Source: a virus
Taxonomy: Duplodnaviria; Caudoviricetes
Reading direction: 5' to 3' (one strand)
Length of the DNA: 37,424 nt
Virus record (IMG/VR): IMGVR_UViG_3300017988_000011
Location: 1-37,424 of that record
This document shows positions 16,335-26,010 of the stretch, in pieces (position 1 is the first letter of the stretch; the number at the start of each line of letters is the position of its first letter). The notes beneath the pieces were generated by a model, which was given only the letters and a program-made list of their open reading frames with translations, was not told where the DNA came from and did no database searches. Position numbers and translations under genes: made by a program.

Positions 16335-16409
16335 GGGGTGTAGCTCAGTCGTTAGAGCTTTCGATTCTTAATCGAAGGGCCGCGAGTTCAATCCTCGCCA
16401 CCCCCACCA
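16334..16409 (+). tRNA. tRNA-Lys(CUU), CCA encoded
   Basis: Acceptor GGGGGTG/CACCCCC-A-CCA, D arm GCTC/GAGC, anticodon arm TTCGA-TTCTTAA-TCGAA, T arm GCGAG-TTCAATC-CTCGC; 76 nt. Confidence 0.93.
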
Positions 16410-16420
16410 AGGAAATGCAA

Positions 16421-16945
16421 ATGGCAACCTGTTCCTCATGCGGCAAGCGAATCGAAATCGGCTGGTGGCCTTTCTGTGCTGACGGCCATGAGCCGACAAG
16501 TAGCCGCGATGCCGTAGGGATGATTCCCCCTGTGATTTTTCGCAACAAGAAGGGCGAAATCCTTTTTCCGGGCCGTGGTGACAAGAAGCCGCCCGCTGGC
16601 TACGAGCGCGTGGAATTGCGGACAATGGCGGAAATCCGAAGGTTCGAGAAGGAGTTTGGGAATGAGGAAAAGCGAAAGCACCAAGACAAGCAGCAGCTTG
16701 AGGAAATCAGGGAAGTCTATTATTCCCGAAGGCGCATTAGCAACCTTAGAACAACATTACAGAACCTCCCTCCTAACTTACGTCCTTACGCCGAAAGGGC
16801 CATTCAACGTGCAGACTCCCGCTCCATCTCGGTAGCCGCGAGGAAATACGATCCCAAGGTTTGTTTTGAAGCGTTCAGTTACGATGCCAGCAACCGCGAG
16901 CGTTGCGACGACCGCCGCGACATGCTTGAGAGGTGCCGACGATGA
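16421..16945 (+). CDS. hypothetical protein with an N-terminal Zn ribbon
   Basis: CSSC...WPFC...H; AAGGA SD. Confidence 0.7.
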   Translation: MATCSSCGKRIEIGWWPFCADGHEPTSSRDAVGMIPPVIFRNKKGEILFPGRGDKKPPAGYERVELRTMAEIRRFEKEFGNEEKRKHQDKQQLEEIREVYYSRRRISNLRTTLQNLPPNLRPYAERAIQRADSRSISVAARKYDPKVCFEAFSYDASNRERCDDRRDMLERCRR

Positions 16946-17172
16946 GCCTAACCCTTAACAACCCCGACCTCTCAAAGCTCTGGGTTCCCGACGAAAACGG
17001 ATTGCTCGACTTCTGTCATGTCCGCAGCCACGCCGCCCGCAACCGCTGGATTATCTACACCCAGCACTTTTACGATTTGAACGGAGTCTGTATCAACTGT
17101 GGTAAACTCCGCAAGGATGTCGAACCGAAGCAGGAAGCGAAGGCGCAGCGAGAAAATATTAAGGAACTCTGA
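16942..17172 (+). CDS. hypothetical protein (H..CINC)
   Basis: GAGG SD; coupled to both neighbours. Confidence 0.6.
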   Translation: MSLTLNNPDLSKLWVPDENGLLDFCHVRSHAARNRWIIYTQHFYDLNGVCINCGKLRKDVEPKQEAKAQRENIKEL

Positions 17173-19208
17173 TGCCCATACCCCCTGAACAATGGCTAAT
17201 CCCCAAGGTTGATGCCGACGAAGAAACCAAACTCGGCTGGCTCCGCAACACTCACCAAGAGGGGCTTGACTACCTCAAGTGCCAACGCGCCTTTCGCTCC
17301 ATCTCACGCGGCCTTGACGCCATTGCCGATGACCGAAGCGACCCGAGCGACCCAAGCCTGAGCCGTGTCCGTTACAACCTCGCCAAGCGTGGCATCAAGG
17401 AAATTGTAGCCACTCTCTCCAACATGCGTGTCATTCCCGATTACCGCACTCCCAGCCAGTACAAAGACCAAGAGGACATCCTGAATAAGCGGTACATCGG
17501 CTGGTGGTACAAGGAAAAAGTTGACCGCATTATCAAGCGGTGGCTGCAATGGGCAGGCGTCGGAGGCAAAGGCTATCTCTATATGGGCTATGAGCGGCCC
17601 TTCCTGACGCTTGGACGGCCTGAAATCATGGTAAGGGCCAAAGGTCCGACCTCTGTAGTCCCTTGGCAAATTGGAGAAGACCACGACATCCAGAAGGCTT
17701 ATGCTGTGGATATCGGGCATGAAGTTCCCTACTTCTGGGCCGCATCGCGCTTTCCCCTCAAAACCGAAATGCTGGCCGCGTGCTCCAAACCCTCCTCTAT
17801 TCTTAGGCGTGAATCAAGGGGAAGTTCTCAGGGCGTTATCTCTAACATGATGAAGATGTTTCTTGGCCGGGATAAAGAGAAGGAACCTAACACCTTTCCG
17901 GTTTGCCACATCTGGGAGAGGTATACGCTCGACACGAGCATGAATGAAACAGGTTCAATTATTCATATGGGTGATCCCGGAACTTCATGGGAATATTATG
18001 TATATCCTAAAGGTGGGCAGATTCCAAGCGGTGTCTTTCAGGAAGGCGTGGAATTGATGCGCCCGGTACGTGACGAAGACGCCATGCTCTATCCCACTCG
18101 ACGCTGTACGTGGTGGTGTGACCAAGGCATCCTCGAAGACGGACCCTCGCACTATGCTCATGGTATGGTTCCCATCGTTCCTTTGCAACTTGATGATTGG
18201 ATGAGCGAGTTTCTAGGCTACCCGTTGACGCATGATACCCTTCCTCTGCAAAAATCCGTGCGTGATGGCTTGCGGGTGGTTGATGATTCTCAGAATGTCC
18301 GGCTCCGGCCCCCCATGGCTTATGATGCTACCAAGACCTCGCGCAATTTTATGAAGTCGTTTGACCCCCGCATCCCTCTTCAGGCCATGGGATTCCGTGG
18401 TTTAGTCGGTGATATGAAGCAGTTAATCACCCCTATCCTGCCGTCCAGTTATTACGATGTTCCAGGTTGGCTTCTGCAATTCATCGAACAGAATGAAGGA
18501 CGCATTGACCGTATTTTAGGCGTCATGGACGTTCGTGCTCTCGCCAAAGCCAAGCAGACCCCCGCGGGCGATACCATGGAAAAGATGGCCGAACTTATGG
18601 GGCCAATCATCAACGAGTACAGCCGCAACATGGACACTGCCATGACGCAAGTAGGCGAGATGTTCAAGTATATGTGCCTGCAATTCGATTCCTATGAGCA
18701 ACGGCTTGAAATCCTCGGACCTGACGGTACGAGTTGGACGGATTACGATTACGATCCGGCGACCCTTGTGCCGAAGCCGGAAGAAACCAAGTCAGCACGG
18801 CTGATGACGCTCTTTGACCGGATTCGGGAGCATGGTGCGAGATTCACATACCAAGTCAAACCAGGTAGCCTCCACGAATTAACTTCACTTACGCGCAAAT
18901 TGATTCTGTTCCAATTCTACAAGATGGACTTCCCTATGGATCCGTGGACTGTGGGCGAGGCTTTTGATCTCAATATGGGACCGCCACCTCCAAATTGCAA
19001 TAACATCCTAGAGAAATGGGCGGCATGGAAAAAGGCGCAAGCCAAAATGGCAAAGATGATTCAAGAGGAATTTGGCATACCTCCTCAACAGGGAAGAGGG
19101 CCAAAAGGCGGAGCAGCCGGAAAGGGAGGGCGCTCGCCTAGCGGAAATGCCCCACCCCAAATAAAGAATCGACCTTCGGGTGACTCGACTATACAAGAGA
19201 GCCGTTAA
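17172..19208 (+). CDS. portal protein
   Basis: 678 aa between terL and the head genes; portal-like segments (YNLAKRGIKEIVATLS, HGMVPIV, IDRILGV). Confidence 0.75.
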   Translation: MPIPPEQWLIPKVDADEETKLGWLRNTHQEGLDYLKCQRAFRSISRGLDAIADDRSDPSDPSLSRVRYNLAKRGIKEIVATLSNMRVIPDYRTPSQYKDQEDILNKRYIGWWYKEKVDRIIKRWLQWAGVGGKGYLYMGYERPFLTLGRPEIMVRAKGPTSVVPWQIGEDHDIQKAYAVDIGHEVPYFWAASRFPLKTEMLAACSKPSSILRRESRGSSQGVISNMMKMFLGRDKEKEPNTFPVCHIWERYTLDTSMNETGSIIHMGDPGTSWEYYVYPKGGQIPSGVFQEGVELMRPVRDEDAMLYPTRRCTWWCDQGILEDGPSHYAHGMVPIVPLQLDDWMSEFLGYPLTHDTLPLQKSVRDGLRVVDDSQNVRLRPPMAYDATKTSRNFMKSFDPRIPLQAMGFRGLVGDMKQLITPILPSSYYDVPGWLLQFIEQNEGRIDRILGVMDVRALAKAKQTPAGDTMEKMAELMGPIINEYSRNMDTAMTQVGEMFKYMCLQFDSYEQRLEILGPDGTSWTDYDYDPATLVPKPEETKSARLMTLFDRIREHGARFTYQVKPGSLHELTSLTRKLILFQFYKMDFPMDPWTVGEAFDLNMGPPPPNCNNILEKWAAWKKAQAKMAKMIQEEFGIPPQQGRGPKGGAAGKGGRSPSGNAPPQIKNRPSGDSTIQESR

Positions 19209-19423
19209 TGACTCCCCAAGACGCCTATCGACAACGCAAGCGGCAAGAGCATGGATGTATTGATTGTGGAGAACCCTTTCAAGGGCCGGGAGCACGCTGT
19301 AACGATTGCCGCGAGAAGTCTAATCGGGAGCGCCAATTCAGCCGCGCTCTCGATATCGTTGCAACTTATGTAAACTGCGGAACAAAGCGCATTGAAATAG
19401 TTCTAACGAAACTAACTATGTAA
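19208..19423 (+). CDS. small Zn-finger protein
   Basis: CIDC...RCNDC; TAATG coupling. Confidence 0.65.
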   Translation: MTPQDAYRQRKRQEHGCIDCGEPFQGPGARCNDCREKSNRERQFSRALDIVATYVNCGTKRIEIVLTKLTM

Positions 19424-19496
19424 TCACACTCAAAGTGATTTCAAAGTGTTGACAACACACCTATAAGTCTCTCACACTCCCCTACGTGAGAGACTT
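19422..19496 (+). promoter_or_regulatory. candidate late promoter region with palindromes
   Basis: AATCAC/GTGATT inverted repeat, TCAAAGTG twice, TTGACA at 19449, perfect 11-bp hairpin 19465-19496. Confidence 0.45.
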
Positions 19497-19612
19497 CATC
19501 TCCACCGCTCGACAAATCGTTGAAATCTCAGAAACAGCAGACTTCCCTCTGCTTTGCACGGAAGTCTTCGCATCGGACTGGGAAGAACGGCATCGGGCAG
19601 AAAGGAGAACCT

Positions 19613-19669
19613 GTGGCAAAGAAAAAGGGTGGAAAGCGGCGTCACGGCAAGAAGTACGCCAAGAAGTAA
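19613..19669 (+). CDS. 18-aa Lys-rich peptide MAKKKGGKRRHGKKYAKK
   Basis: Strong AAAGGAG SD before GTG. Confidence 0.55.
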   Translation: MAKKKGGKRRHGKKYAKK

Positions 19670-19797
19670 CCCTCCTTTCCTGTCGAGAAGCGGATGACTT
19701 GCGTTAGCAGGTAGGGTCCGTTCCCCTGACAAGGGTCCAAGGAGACAGGGAGGGGGTGGCGACACTCCCTCTCTACTTTCTAGCCACAGCCTCCGAA

Positions 19798-19893
19798 ATG
19801 GCGTCACCTAAAAAATCGTCCAAAGGCACGACTTTTCGCACGCCGGTAAAGAACTGGCTGGCGAAATCTTCACCGGGAAAGCGGGAGAGTTGA
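19798..19893 (+). CDS. 31-aa basic peptide MASPKKSSKGTTFRTPVKNWLAKSSPGKRES
   Basis: Stop abuts the next ATG; weak SD. Confidence 0.4.
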   Translation: MASPKKSSKGTTFRTPVKNWLAKSSPGKRES

Positions 19894-19894
19894 T

Positions 19895-20191
19895 ATGGGC
19901 GCTATGGGCGCTCCGCCTCCTTCGCCATCGACTCCGCCTCCTGCCGCATCGGCTCCGCCCGATGACGGTCAGTTGTTTGGTGGACCGAAAGGTCCGTCCG
20001 CTGACATGCAGAAGCAACTCGATTCCGTCACCATGCGGTTTCGTGACTTGCAGGTGGAAATTAGTTCGATGGCAAAGTCTTACCCGACCGCCGCGCAGGA
20101 CTTCAATAACGCTAATGATGACCTGTCGAAAGCGATGATGAAGGTGACAAAACTATTGACCTCGCAGCAGCCGCAAACGGCTCCTGCCTAA
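19895..20191 (+). CDS. Pro-rich/helical hypothetical head-region protein
   Basis: GGGAG SD; lies between portal and scaffold. Confidence 0.65.
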   Translation: MGAMGAPPPSPSTPPPAASAPPDDGQLFGGPKGPSADMQKQLDSVTMRFRDLQVEISSMAKSYPTAAQDFNNANDDLSKAMMKVTKLLTSQQPQTAPA

Positions 20192-20265
20192 CCCACGTCT
20201 GGCCCCTCAAGGGATGGGAAGGCCCGCAAGGGCTGGCCCCCGGACCATAGGAAGGATGATGGAAC

Positions 20266-21183
20266 ATGCCGATTGATAAAGAAGTTCAGGAATGGGTTGA
20301 CGGTTTGAAGGCTCAGGGACTTACTGATGAGCAAATCAAACCGATGTTGACCGTGGTGGAAGGAAACCCGAACGCGGCGAACTACTTGAAAAGAAGCGTG
20401 ATGGCTCCTTCAGAGTTTAGCCGCCAGATGGATGCGCTGAAGGCTGAAAAGGACAAAGCACAAAAAGAATTCGAAAAAAGCAAGGCTTGGTTTGATTCGA
20501 CTACCGCTTGGAAAACAGAGAAAGAGGGCGATTACAATGCCCGACTGGAAAGAGCGGTAAAGGCGGAAACAGCGCTTAATGCCGTCAAGAGCAAAATCGA
20601 AATGTTGAAAACCCAAGGCTACCTCGACGACACAACCGCAGCAGGAATCTTTGAAGGTGCCCCATCTATTACCGCTACCGCCGCCCCGTCTACCGCCGCA
20701 AGCGCTCCTAAATTCGTTACTGATGATGAATTGACCAAGCGATTCAACACAGGGAGCGTCGGCGTAGCCAAATTCAACGCCAAGTTGTTCAAGTTGAATG
20801 AGCGTCATAACCGAATTTTTTCCAAGGCTGGATTCGACGGAACAGATTATTCCCCTCCCGAGTTCGATGCCGACAAAATCATTGATCACATCAACACCAA
20901 CGGCGGGACTCTCGAAGCGGCCTACAATGCTATCTACAAGGGCAGCGAGCGCCAGCAGAAGTTGACCGACGCCCAAACAGAGGCGGAAGTTGAGCGTCGT
21001 GCTGAGGACAAGTATCGGCAGCGTGTATCCGCTGACGTTCAAGCGGGACGCCCTGTATCGGTTACACCGCAGCCATCAAACATCCGAAAAATGGCTCCAG
21101 TGCCCGACAATACCAAGACTTTCGCGCAAAAGCGGTTTGATCGCGTAAGTCGGGCGGTGGCGCAGTTGGAAACGAACCAATGA
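20266..21183 (+). CDS. putative capsid scaffolding protein
   Basis: Coiled-coil, charged; upstream of the major capsid gene. Confidence 0.6.
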   Translation: MPIDKEVQEWVDGLKAQGLTDEQIKPMLTVVEGNPNAANYLKRSVMAPSEFSRQMDALKAEKDKAQKEFEKSKAWFDSTTAWKTEKEGDYNARLERAVKAETALNAVKSKIEMLKTQGYLDDTTAAGIFEGAPSITATAAPSTAASAPKFVTDDELTKRFNTGSVGVAKFNAKLFKLNERHNRIFSKAGFDGTDYSPPEFDADKIIDHINTNGGTLEAAYNAIYKGSERQQKLTDAQTEAEVERRAEDKYRQRVSADVQAGRPVSVTPQPSNIRKMAPVPDNTKTFAQKRFDRVSRAVAQLETNQ

Positions 21184-21734
21184 CAGATAACGAAAAACTT
21201 GCGTGGGCGGCTGGTTTCTTCGATGGAGAAGGGACTGTTGCCGTTACAAAGGCCAAAGCCCAAAAGAAGCGCAAGACTACATCTGGACTCTACTGGAACT
21301 ATGCGCTTCTCGTTACCGCCACACAGCGTTCTCCTGAACCACTGAAGATTCTTGTTGAAATGTTTGGCGGTAGCATGTTCGCGTTCAAAAAGTACGGAAC
21401 AACTTATCACAAATGGCAGGCTTATGCGGACAATGCAGTTCGAGCATTAACTGGAATGCTTCCATACCTGACGGTCAAAGCTCCTGTTGCAAGGGTGGGA
21501 TTGGAATTTCAAGAATCCAAGGAAAGGCATCTCGCAGCCTACTGGAAGTCAGGCCCCGGAAGGGGAGTCGGAAGAGTCGGAAGAACAGGGTACCCTGAAG
21601 AGGTGCTGGCCCAACGTGAGGCTTTCTACCTCCAGGCCCGAAATCTCAATCAGCGGTTCCGAACAGATAAGCGCCAACCGAAATGGGAGACTATTCCCCA
21701 AGTAGTAAACACGGAGAAACCAGCGCTTAATTAA
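21180..21734 (+). CDS. single-motif LAGLIDADG homing endonuclease
   Basis: LAWAAGFFDGEG motif; Q..PEPL..L...FGG; MLPYLTVK. Confidence 0.88.
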   Translation: MTDNEKLAWAAGFFDGEGTVAVTKAKAQKKRKTTSGLYWNYALLVTATQRSPEPLKILVEMFGGSMFAFKKYGTTYHKWQAYADNAVRALTGMLPYLTVKAPVARVGLEFQESKERHLAAYWKSGPGRGVGRVGRTGYPEEVLAQREAFYLQARNLNQRFRTDKRQPKWETIPQVVNTEKPALN

Positions 21735-21746
21735 GGAGATATTAAC

Positions 21747-22955
21747 GTGGCCGATCCTATCGTCGATGAACTTAACTCAAGTACTGTTAAGGAACTACAA
21801 AATGAGGTCGTTTTTGATAATTTCTTCCGCTCCTGTGCTGGCGGGGCATATCTCCGTGCTAACTGCAATTTCCCTTTTGATGGCGGAGCGTTCGATGCCT
21901 TTGCCTTTACCTATGCGCCGATGATTGGCTCGTGGTACGGGCGCGGCACTTCTGCCTTCAATACCACTAAGCCGCAAACGTTGAGCAACGGGCAGTTCGA
22001 TATTCGGACGCTCGAAGTCAACATCACCGAGTTGCTGGAAGACCTCTACATCAACAATCGGGGCCGAAACGCCAGAATCTCGCTGATTGACACGGACTCG
22101 CAGACGGCGGTGAACACACTCAACGCTATCTTCGAAGTGTCCCTCTTCCACCACGGGCAGAATATGTCTGGCGACAACCGCTCGCTCGCCATGAACGCGC
22201 TCTCCGAGGCCATCAACAACGGTATGGACCCATCATGGGACGGAAACGTTTTCACAAACTATGCTGGACAATCTCGCACTGGCGTCCTGCAAAGTCCTAA
22301 TGCTCTGAATGGCAACGTCTATTGGGCGGGTCCAAATGGCGGGGCGGCGGGTACAGGAGTCGCAGGTGCCACAGGAATGATTTCCTACGACATCTTGGAA
22401 GACCAGTACAACCGCTGCCTGCGTACCGGCGACCGCCAGGGGCTTGGCTTCCCCGACCTGATTCTCTCGAACATTCCGGCATGGGGATTCATGAAGAAGC
22501 GCATTCAGGCCGCGCAGCAATTCCATCAGGAGCTTGACCCTGTGTGGGGGGTGCATACCTTCCGGTTTGAGAACGCCATTGTGCTCCCCGACCCCTATTG
22601 CCCCTCGCTCATCGCAGGAGTCAATGACCCAGTACTCGGCAACTATCTGACTTCAAACCTCACGATGTCGAACTACACGAACCTGACGACCACCTCGAAC
22701 TTCCCGCAAAACAGTGGAACTTCGACGGGCGGCGGGACGGGTGTTGGAACCTGCACACCAGGCGAAGTCATTTTCATTCTGAACACGAAAACCATCATGT
22801 TCCGGCCTGTTTCGGATGGCCCGTTCGCGGGCGAATTCAAGCCGTTCATCATGTCGGCAGAAAACACCAAGGTCAGCGGCCAGTTCCTCTTAGGTTGCAC
22901 GGTAGAATGCGGGAGTCCATGGAACAACTGCCAAATCATGGGGATAGGAGCATAG
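21747..22955 (+). CDS. major capsid protein
   Basis: TAAGGAG SD; 402 aa; VFDNFF N-terminus, PDLILS, FRFENAIVLPDPYCP, IFILNT, as in HK97-fold podoviral capsids. Confidence 0.8.
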   Translation: MADPIVDELNSSTVKELQNEVVFDNFFRSCAGGAYLRANCNFPFDGGAFDAFAFTYAPMIGSWYGRGTSAFNTTKPQTLSNGQFDIRTLEVNITELLEDLYINNRGRNARISLIDTDSQTAVNTLNAIFEVSLFHHGQNMSGDNRSLAMNALSEAINNGMDPSWDGNVFTNYAGQSRTGVLQSPNALNGNVYWAGPNGGAAGTGVAGATGMISYDILEDQYNRCLRTGDRQGLGFPDLILSNIPAWGFMKKRIQAAQQFHQELDPVWGVHTFRFENAIVLPDPYCPSLIAGVNDPVLGNYLTSNLTMSNYTNLTTTSNFPQNSGTSTGGGTGVGTCTPGEVIFILNTKTIMFRPVSDGPFAGEFKPFIMSAENTKVSGQFLLGCTVECGSPWNNCQIMGIGA

Positions 22956-22956
22956 C

Positions 22957-23643
22957 ATGTCACTGAAACTTACCGACCTTCAGAATCGCATTGGGCAGTT
23001 GAACAACACCAATGACACGGTGGCGGGAGGGAATACTGCCGGGGGAACGGGATACTCGCTCTATAGTTCCCTGCTGGGCGTCGAATTGGAGTTGGACAAC
23101 GCGGCTGCCAAACAGCTTTCCTACATCACGACCGGGACGCTGTACGCGGGCCTTTACCGCTACATGCGGGTGTGTTCGACGACCACGGGCAGCATGGCGA
23201 TTGGCTCTCCCGTGTTTTACACCACGACTCAGGCGGGTGGAGGCGTGTTCCTGAACAACGATGGAAGCCAGTACACCGTCTGGGTGGATGCCTCCGCGAG
23301 TCTCGGTGACGGCATGTTCGCCGGTGTAGGGTTGCAGGCGATTACCTTACCTACGGCGAGCAGGACTGTATCAACCGCCGCGCTTTTGGCGGCTGCCACT
23401 ACGTTTACGTGGATTCAGTCGTCAGGGCTTTGCACGATTCTTTACAAGAACAGCCCCGCCGACACCACCGTGGGCGACCTCGTAACGCTGTCAACCGGAA
23501 CGCTGACCTTTGACTCCATTGCCGACGCATCGGCAATCGCTACGGCGACTTTGGCAAAGAACACGATGGGTGTAGCGATTCAGGCGGCGGCAAGCGCCGT
23601 AACCAAGGTGGCCTTGATTTGGCCGCGCAATGTCATTTACTGA
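22957..23643 (+). CDS. putative capsid decoration/cement protein
   Basis: Directly after the capsid gene; YRYMRV...FAGV...WIQSSG; Thr/Ala/Gly-rich. Confidence 0.55.
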   Translation: MSLKLTDLQNRIGQLNNTNDTVAGGNTAGGTGYSLYSSLLGVELELDNAAAKQLSYITTGTLYAGLYRYMRVCSTTTGSMAIGSPVFYTTTQAGGGVFLNNDGSQYTVWVDASASLGDGMFAGVGLQAITLPTASRTVSTAALLAAATTFTWIQSSGLCTILYKNSPADTTVGDLVTLSTGTLTFDSIADASAIATATLAKNTMGVAIQAAASAVTKVALIWPRNVIY

Positions 23644-23651
23644 GGTGAGTG

Positions 23652-23987
23652 ATGGCACAAGGCGTAATCACGGCATTAGCGAACAGCGAGCGCCCTACTG
23701 ATAATCGGTCAAGGTGCAAAACCTTTACTGTGACTTGGGCTGCGACAACTTATACCGCCACGACCATTTCACCCCAACTTCTCGGAATCGCAAACCTGAC
23801 CCAGATCGAGATTTGGGATACCGTCGATGTGAGCACGACTCTTTCTGGGTATTTGCCGAACTGGGACAACACGAATGGCGTCTTGCGCTTGTTCGTGTGC
23901 GGTGGTTCAGCGGCGGTAACTCAGGAATTCAGCGGAAGTTTAGGCGGAATTGTCGCGATTCGCATTCGCTTTACCTACTTCCCATGA
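23652..23987 (+). CDS. putative virion protein (paralog group A)
   Basis: GYLPNWD..NGVLRLF...E motif shared with 23994 and 27321. Confidence 0.55.
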   Translation: MAQGVITALANSERPTDNRSRCKTFTVTWAATTYTATTISPQLLGIANLTQIEIWDTVDVSTTLSGYLPNWDNTNGVLRLFVCGGSAAVTQEFSGSLGGIVAIRIRFTYFP

Positions 23988-23993
23988 GGATGA

Positions 23994-24362
23994 ATGGCCG
24001 AGAATCAAGCAGCGACGTGGAAATACGTGACCGCCAGCGAAACCGTCTTAGGACGCCTGAAACAGACGAGTTTCGATGTGACGTTGACGAACGGTTACCC
24101 GAACACGCCGGGTGTGAGTTGGGGCTATCCCGTCGCGGTGCAACAGAATCTGGGGATGGCGGTGGTTTTCAACCCTTCTTTGAAGGATAACACCGCGTCG
24201 TTCTCGGCGGCTCCGAGCGGATACACGTATGAGTACGATTTTGTGCATAACAGCATTCGCGTGATGGCGGGAGGTAATGCTCAAAATCCCATGATTGAGT
24301 GCTCGTCAGGAACCAATTTAAGTGGGGTTGTCGTTCGAGCGAATTTCCAAGGGAGTATCTAA
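23994..24362 (+). CDS. putative virion protein (paralog group A)
   Basis: SFDV...YP...GYPV...YEYD..HNSIRV...E...GTNLS.V..RA.F.G. Confidence 0.6.
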   Translation: MAENQAATWKYVTASETVLGRLKQTSFDVTLTNGYPNTPGVSWGYPVAVQQNLGMAVVFNPSLKDNTASFSAAPSGYTYEYDFVHNSIRVMAGGNAQNPMIECSSGTNLSGVVVRANFQGSI

Positions 24363-24363
24363 A

Positions 24364-24726
24364 ATGGCTGAATCTTACGTTCAAGTATTCCCGAATGCCA
24401 CGGGGCACAAAGTGGCGACCACGCAAGTCACCGATGCGCTCGGCAACAACGTGGACTTGCAGCGAGTAGTGTTGAATGACCCGCTTGTAGATACGCAACA
24501 AGCAACGGTAGGAGCGGCAAACGAACTTCATGTTGCGGTCTTTCAAGACCCGATGGGAATCAGTGAAGGGACACAGATCCGGAGGCTTTTGGAGAACATC
24601 CTCATTCAGTTAATGATGCAAAATGCCCAACTCAAGAGCCTTAAGGATTACTTCCATATGCAAACCTCGTCGCTCAACGTATCGCCTATGTCGCAGCAGG
24701 ATGAAACATCGAATTTTGCAATGTAA
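24364..24726 (+). CDS. putative virion protein
   Basis: GGGAG SD; start MAESYVQV. Confidence 0.6.
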   Translation: MAESYVQVFPNATGHKVATTQVTDALGNNVDLQRVVLNDPLVDTQQATVGAANELHVAVFQDPMGISEGTQIRRLLENILIQLMMQNAQLKSLKDYFHMQTSSLNVSPMSQQDETSNFAM

Positions 24727-24754
24727 GCAGACACAGTGAATAGGAGAGTGAGCC

Positions 24755-25357
24755 ATGATAGCGGAACTTAAAGTTGGTCCCCAGACCCTTAGCGATGGCG
24801 CGGTTTCTACCGCTCGCGCCACCAAGGATGCCACGGTAGCTACTCAGGACGGCCACGGTCGTTACCTTGAAACCGCCTATCGTGGTAACACCTTCTTTCT
24901 CTGCAATACCCAAGCGGTAGCATTTCAGGCCGGTGTCGCTACGACTTCCGTGACCGGGTTGGTGCTCTCGAATCCCTCGACAAACACCAAGAACTTCGCG
25001 CTGCTTCAGGTTGCCTACCAACAGGTAGCGACTACCGTGGGAGCGGTTACTCTCTCCTACTACACAGGAGCGATTGCAACGCAGACGACCGTGGTGACGG
25101 TGGGCAGCACTTTTGTTGGGAAGGGCGGTTCGAGCAGCGCAACAGGAAGTGCCAGTTGCGTATTCGCTAACGCCGGCATTCCCATCATGCCCATCTACTC
25201 CAATGTCAACTCATCGGTGACAAGTCAACTGGGAGTGCCCATCATCATCGACTTGGGAGGTTCCATCGTCCTGTCTCCCGGATCGGCCATCTCGGTAGCG
25301 GCGACGGCAGGCACTTCGGGAATCTCGGCGTTCTTCTGGGAAGAATTGCCGTTGTAA
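24755..25357 (+). CDS. Thr/Ser-rich virion protein (paralog B1)
   Basis: AGGAG SD; colinear with 25399..26001. Confidence 0.7.
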   Translation: MIAELKVGPQTLSDGAVSTARATKDATVATQDGHGRYLETAYRGNTFFLCNTQAVAFQAGVATTSVTGLVLSNPSTNTKNFALLQVAYQQVATTVGAVTLSYYTGAIATQTTVVTVGSTFVGKGGSSSATGSASCVFANAGIPIMPIYSNVNSSVTSQLGVPIIIDLGGSIVLSPGSAISVAATAGTSGISAFFWEELPL

Positions 25358-25398
25358 CAAATTTTGAGCTAGTACACACAGAAACAGGAGAGTAACCC

Positions 25399-26001
25399 AT
25401 GATTGCTGAACTCAAGGTTGGTCCGCAAACATTGTCCGATGGTGCCGTGTCAACTGGACGCGCATCGAAAGACGGCCCTGTTGTCACTCAGGACGCGCAT
25501 GGTCGGTATCTGGAAGCCGCATATCGCGGCAACACCTTTGCCCTCTGCAACACTCAGGCAACGGCGTTTGCCGCGGGAATTGCCACTGCTGTTGCTACCG
25601 GGTTGATTCTGTCCAATCCATCAACGAGCAGCAAGAACCTTTCCCTTCTTCAATTCGCCTATTCGCAGGTGGGAACCACCGTAGCACAAGTCGCCTTGGC
25701 CGTGTACTCGGTTGCCGTTACTACCAACACTACTTCGGCAAGCCCGGTCAGTACCTTCATCAATAAAGGTGGAACTACCGTGGCAACCGGAAGCGTCAAC
25801 GGAGCATGGGCGGCGGCAGGAACGCCGATTCTCCCCGTCTACTCGAATGTGAACTCTTCACTCACCTCTTCGAGCGCGGTCCCGGTTATTTTGGACTTGG
25901 GCGGGTCGATTGTGCTGGCTCCCAATTCCGCGATTGCAGTAGTGGCGACGGCGGCGACAACGGGCATCAGTTCCTTTTTGTGGGAAGAAACCCCAGTCTA
26001 A
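25399..26001 (+). CDS. Thr/Ser-rich virion protein (paralog B2)
   Basis: First 19 aa identical to B1; same length (200 aa). Confidence 0.7.
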   Translation: MIAELKVGPQTLSDGAVSTGRASKDGPVVTQDAHGRYLEAAYRGNTFALCNTQATAFAAGIATAVATGLILSNPSTSSKNLSLLQFAYSQVGTTVAQVALAVYSVAVTTNTTSASPVSTFINKGGTTVATGSVNGAWAAAGTPILPVYSNVNSSLTSSSAVPVILDLGGSIVLAPNSAIAVVATAATTGISSFLWEETPV

Positions 26002-26010
26002 GGGGGTTAG

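Noticed and set aside
16334-16409. Suppressor tRNA or stop-codon recoding
   Set aside because: The 7-nt loop TTCTTAA centres on CTT (Lys); genes are intact in the standard code
19486-19807. Track ORFs 19486..19707 (+) and 19496..19807 (-)
   Set aside because: No SD, and they overlap hairpins and the better-supported 18-aa ORF
24755-26001. DGR template/variable repeat pair
   Set aside because: Differences are not adenine-specific, both copies are full genes, and there is no reverse transcriptase
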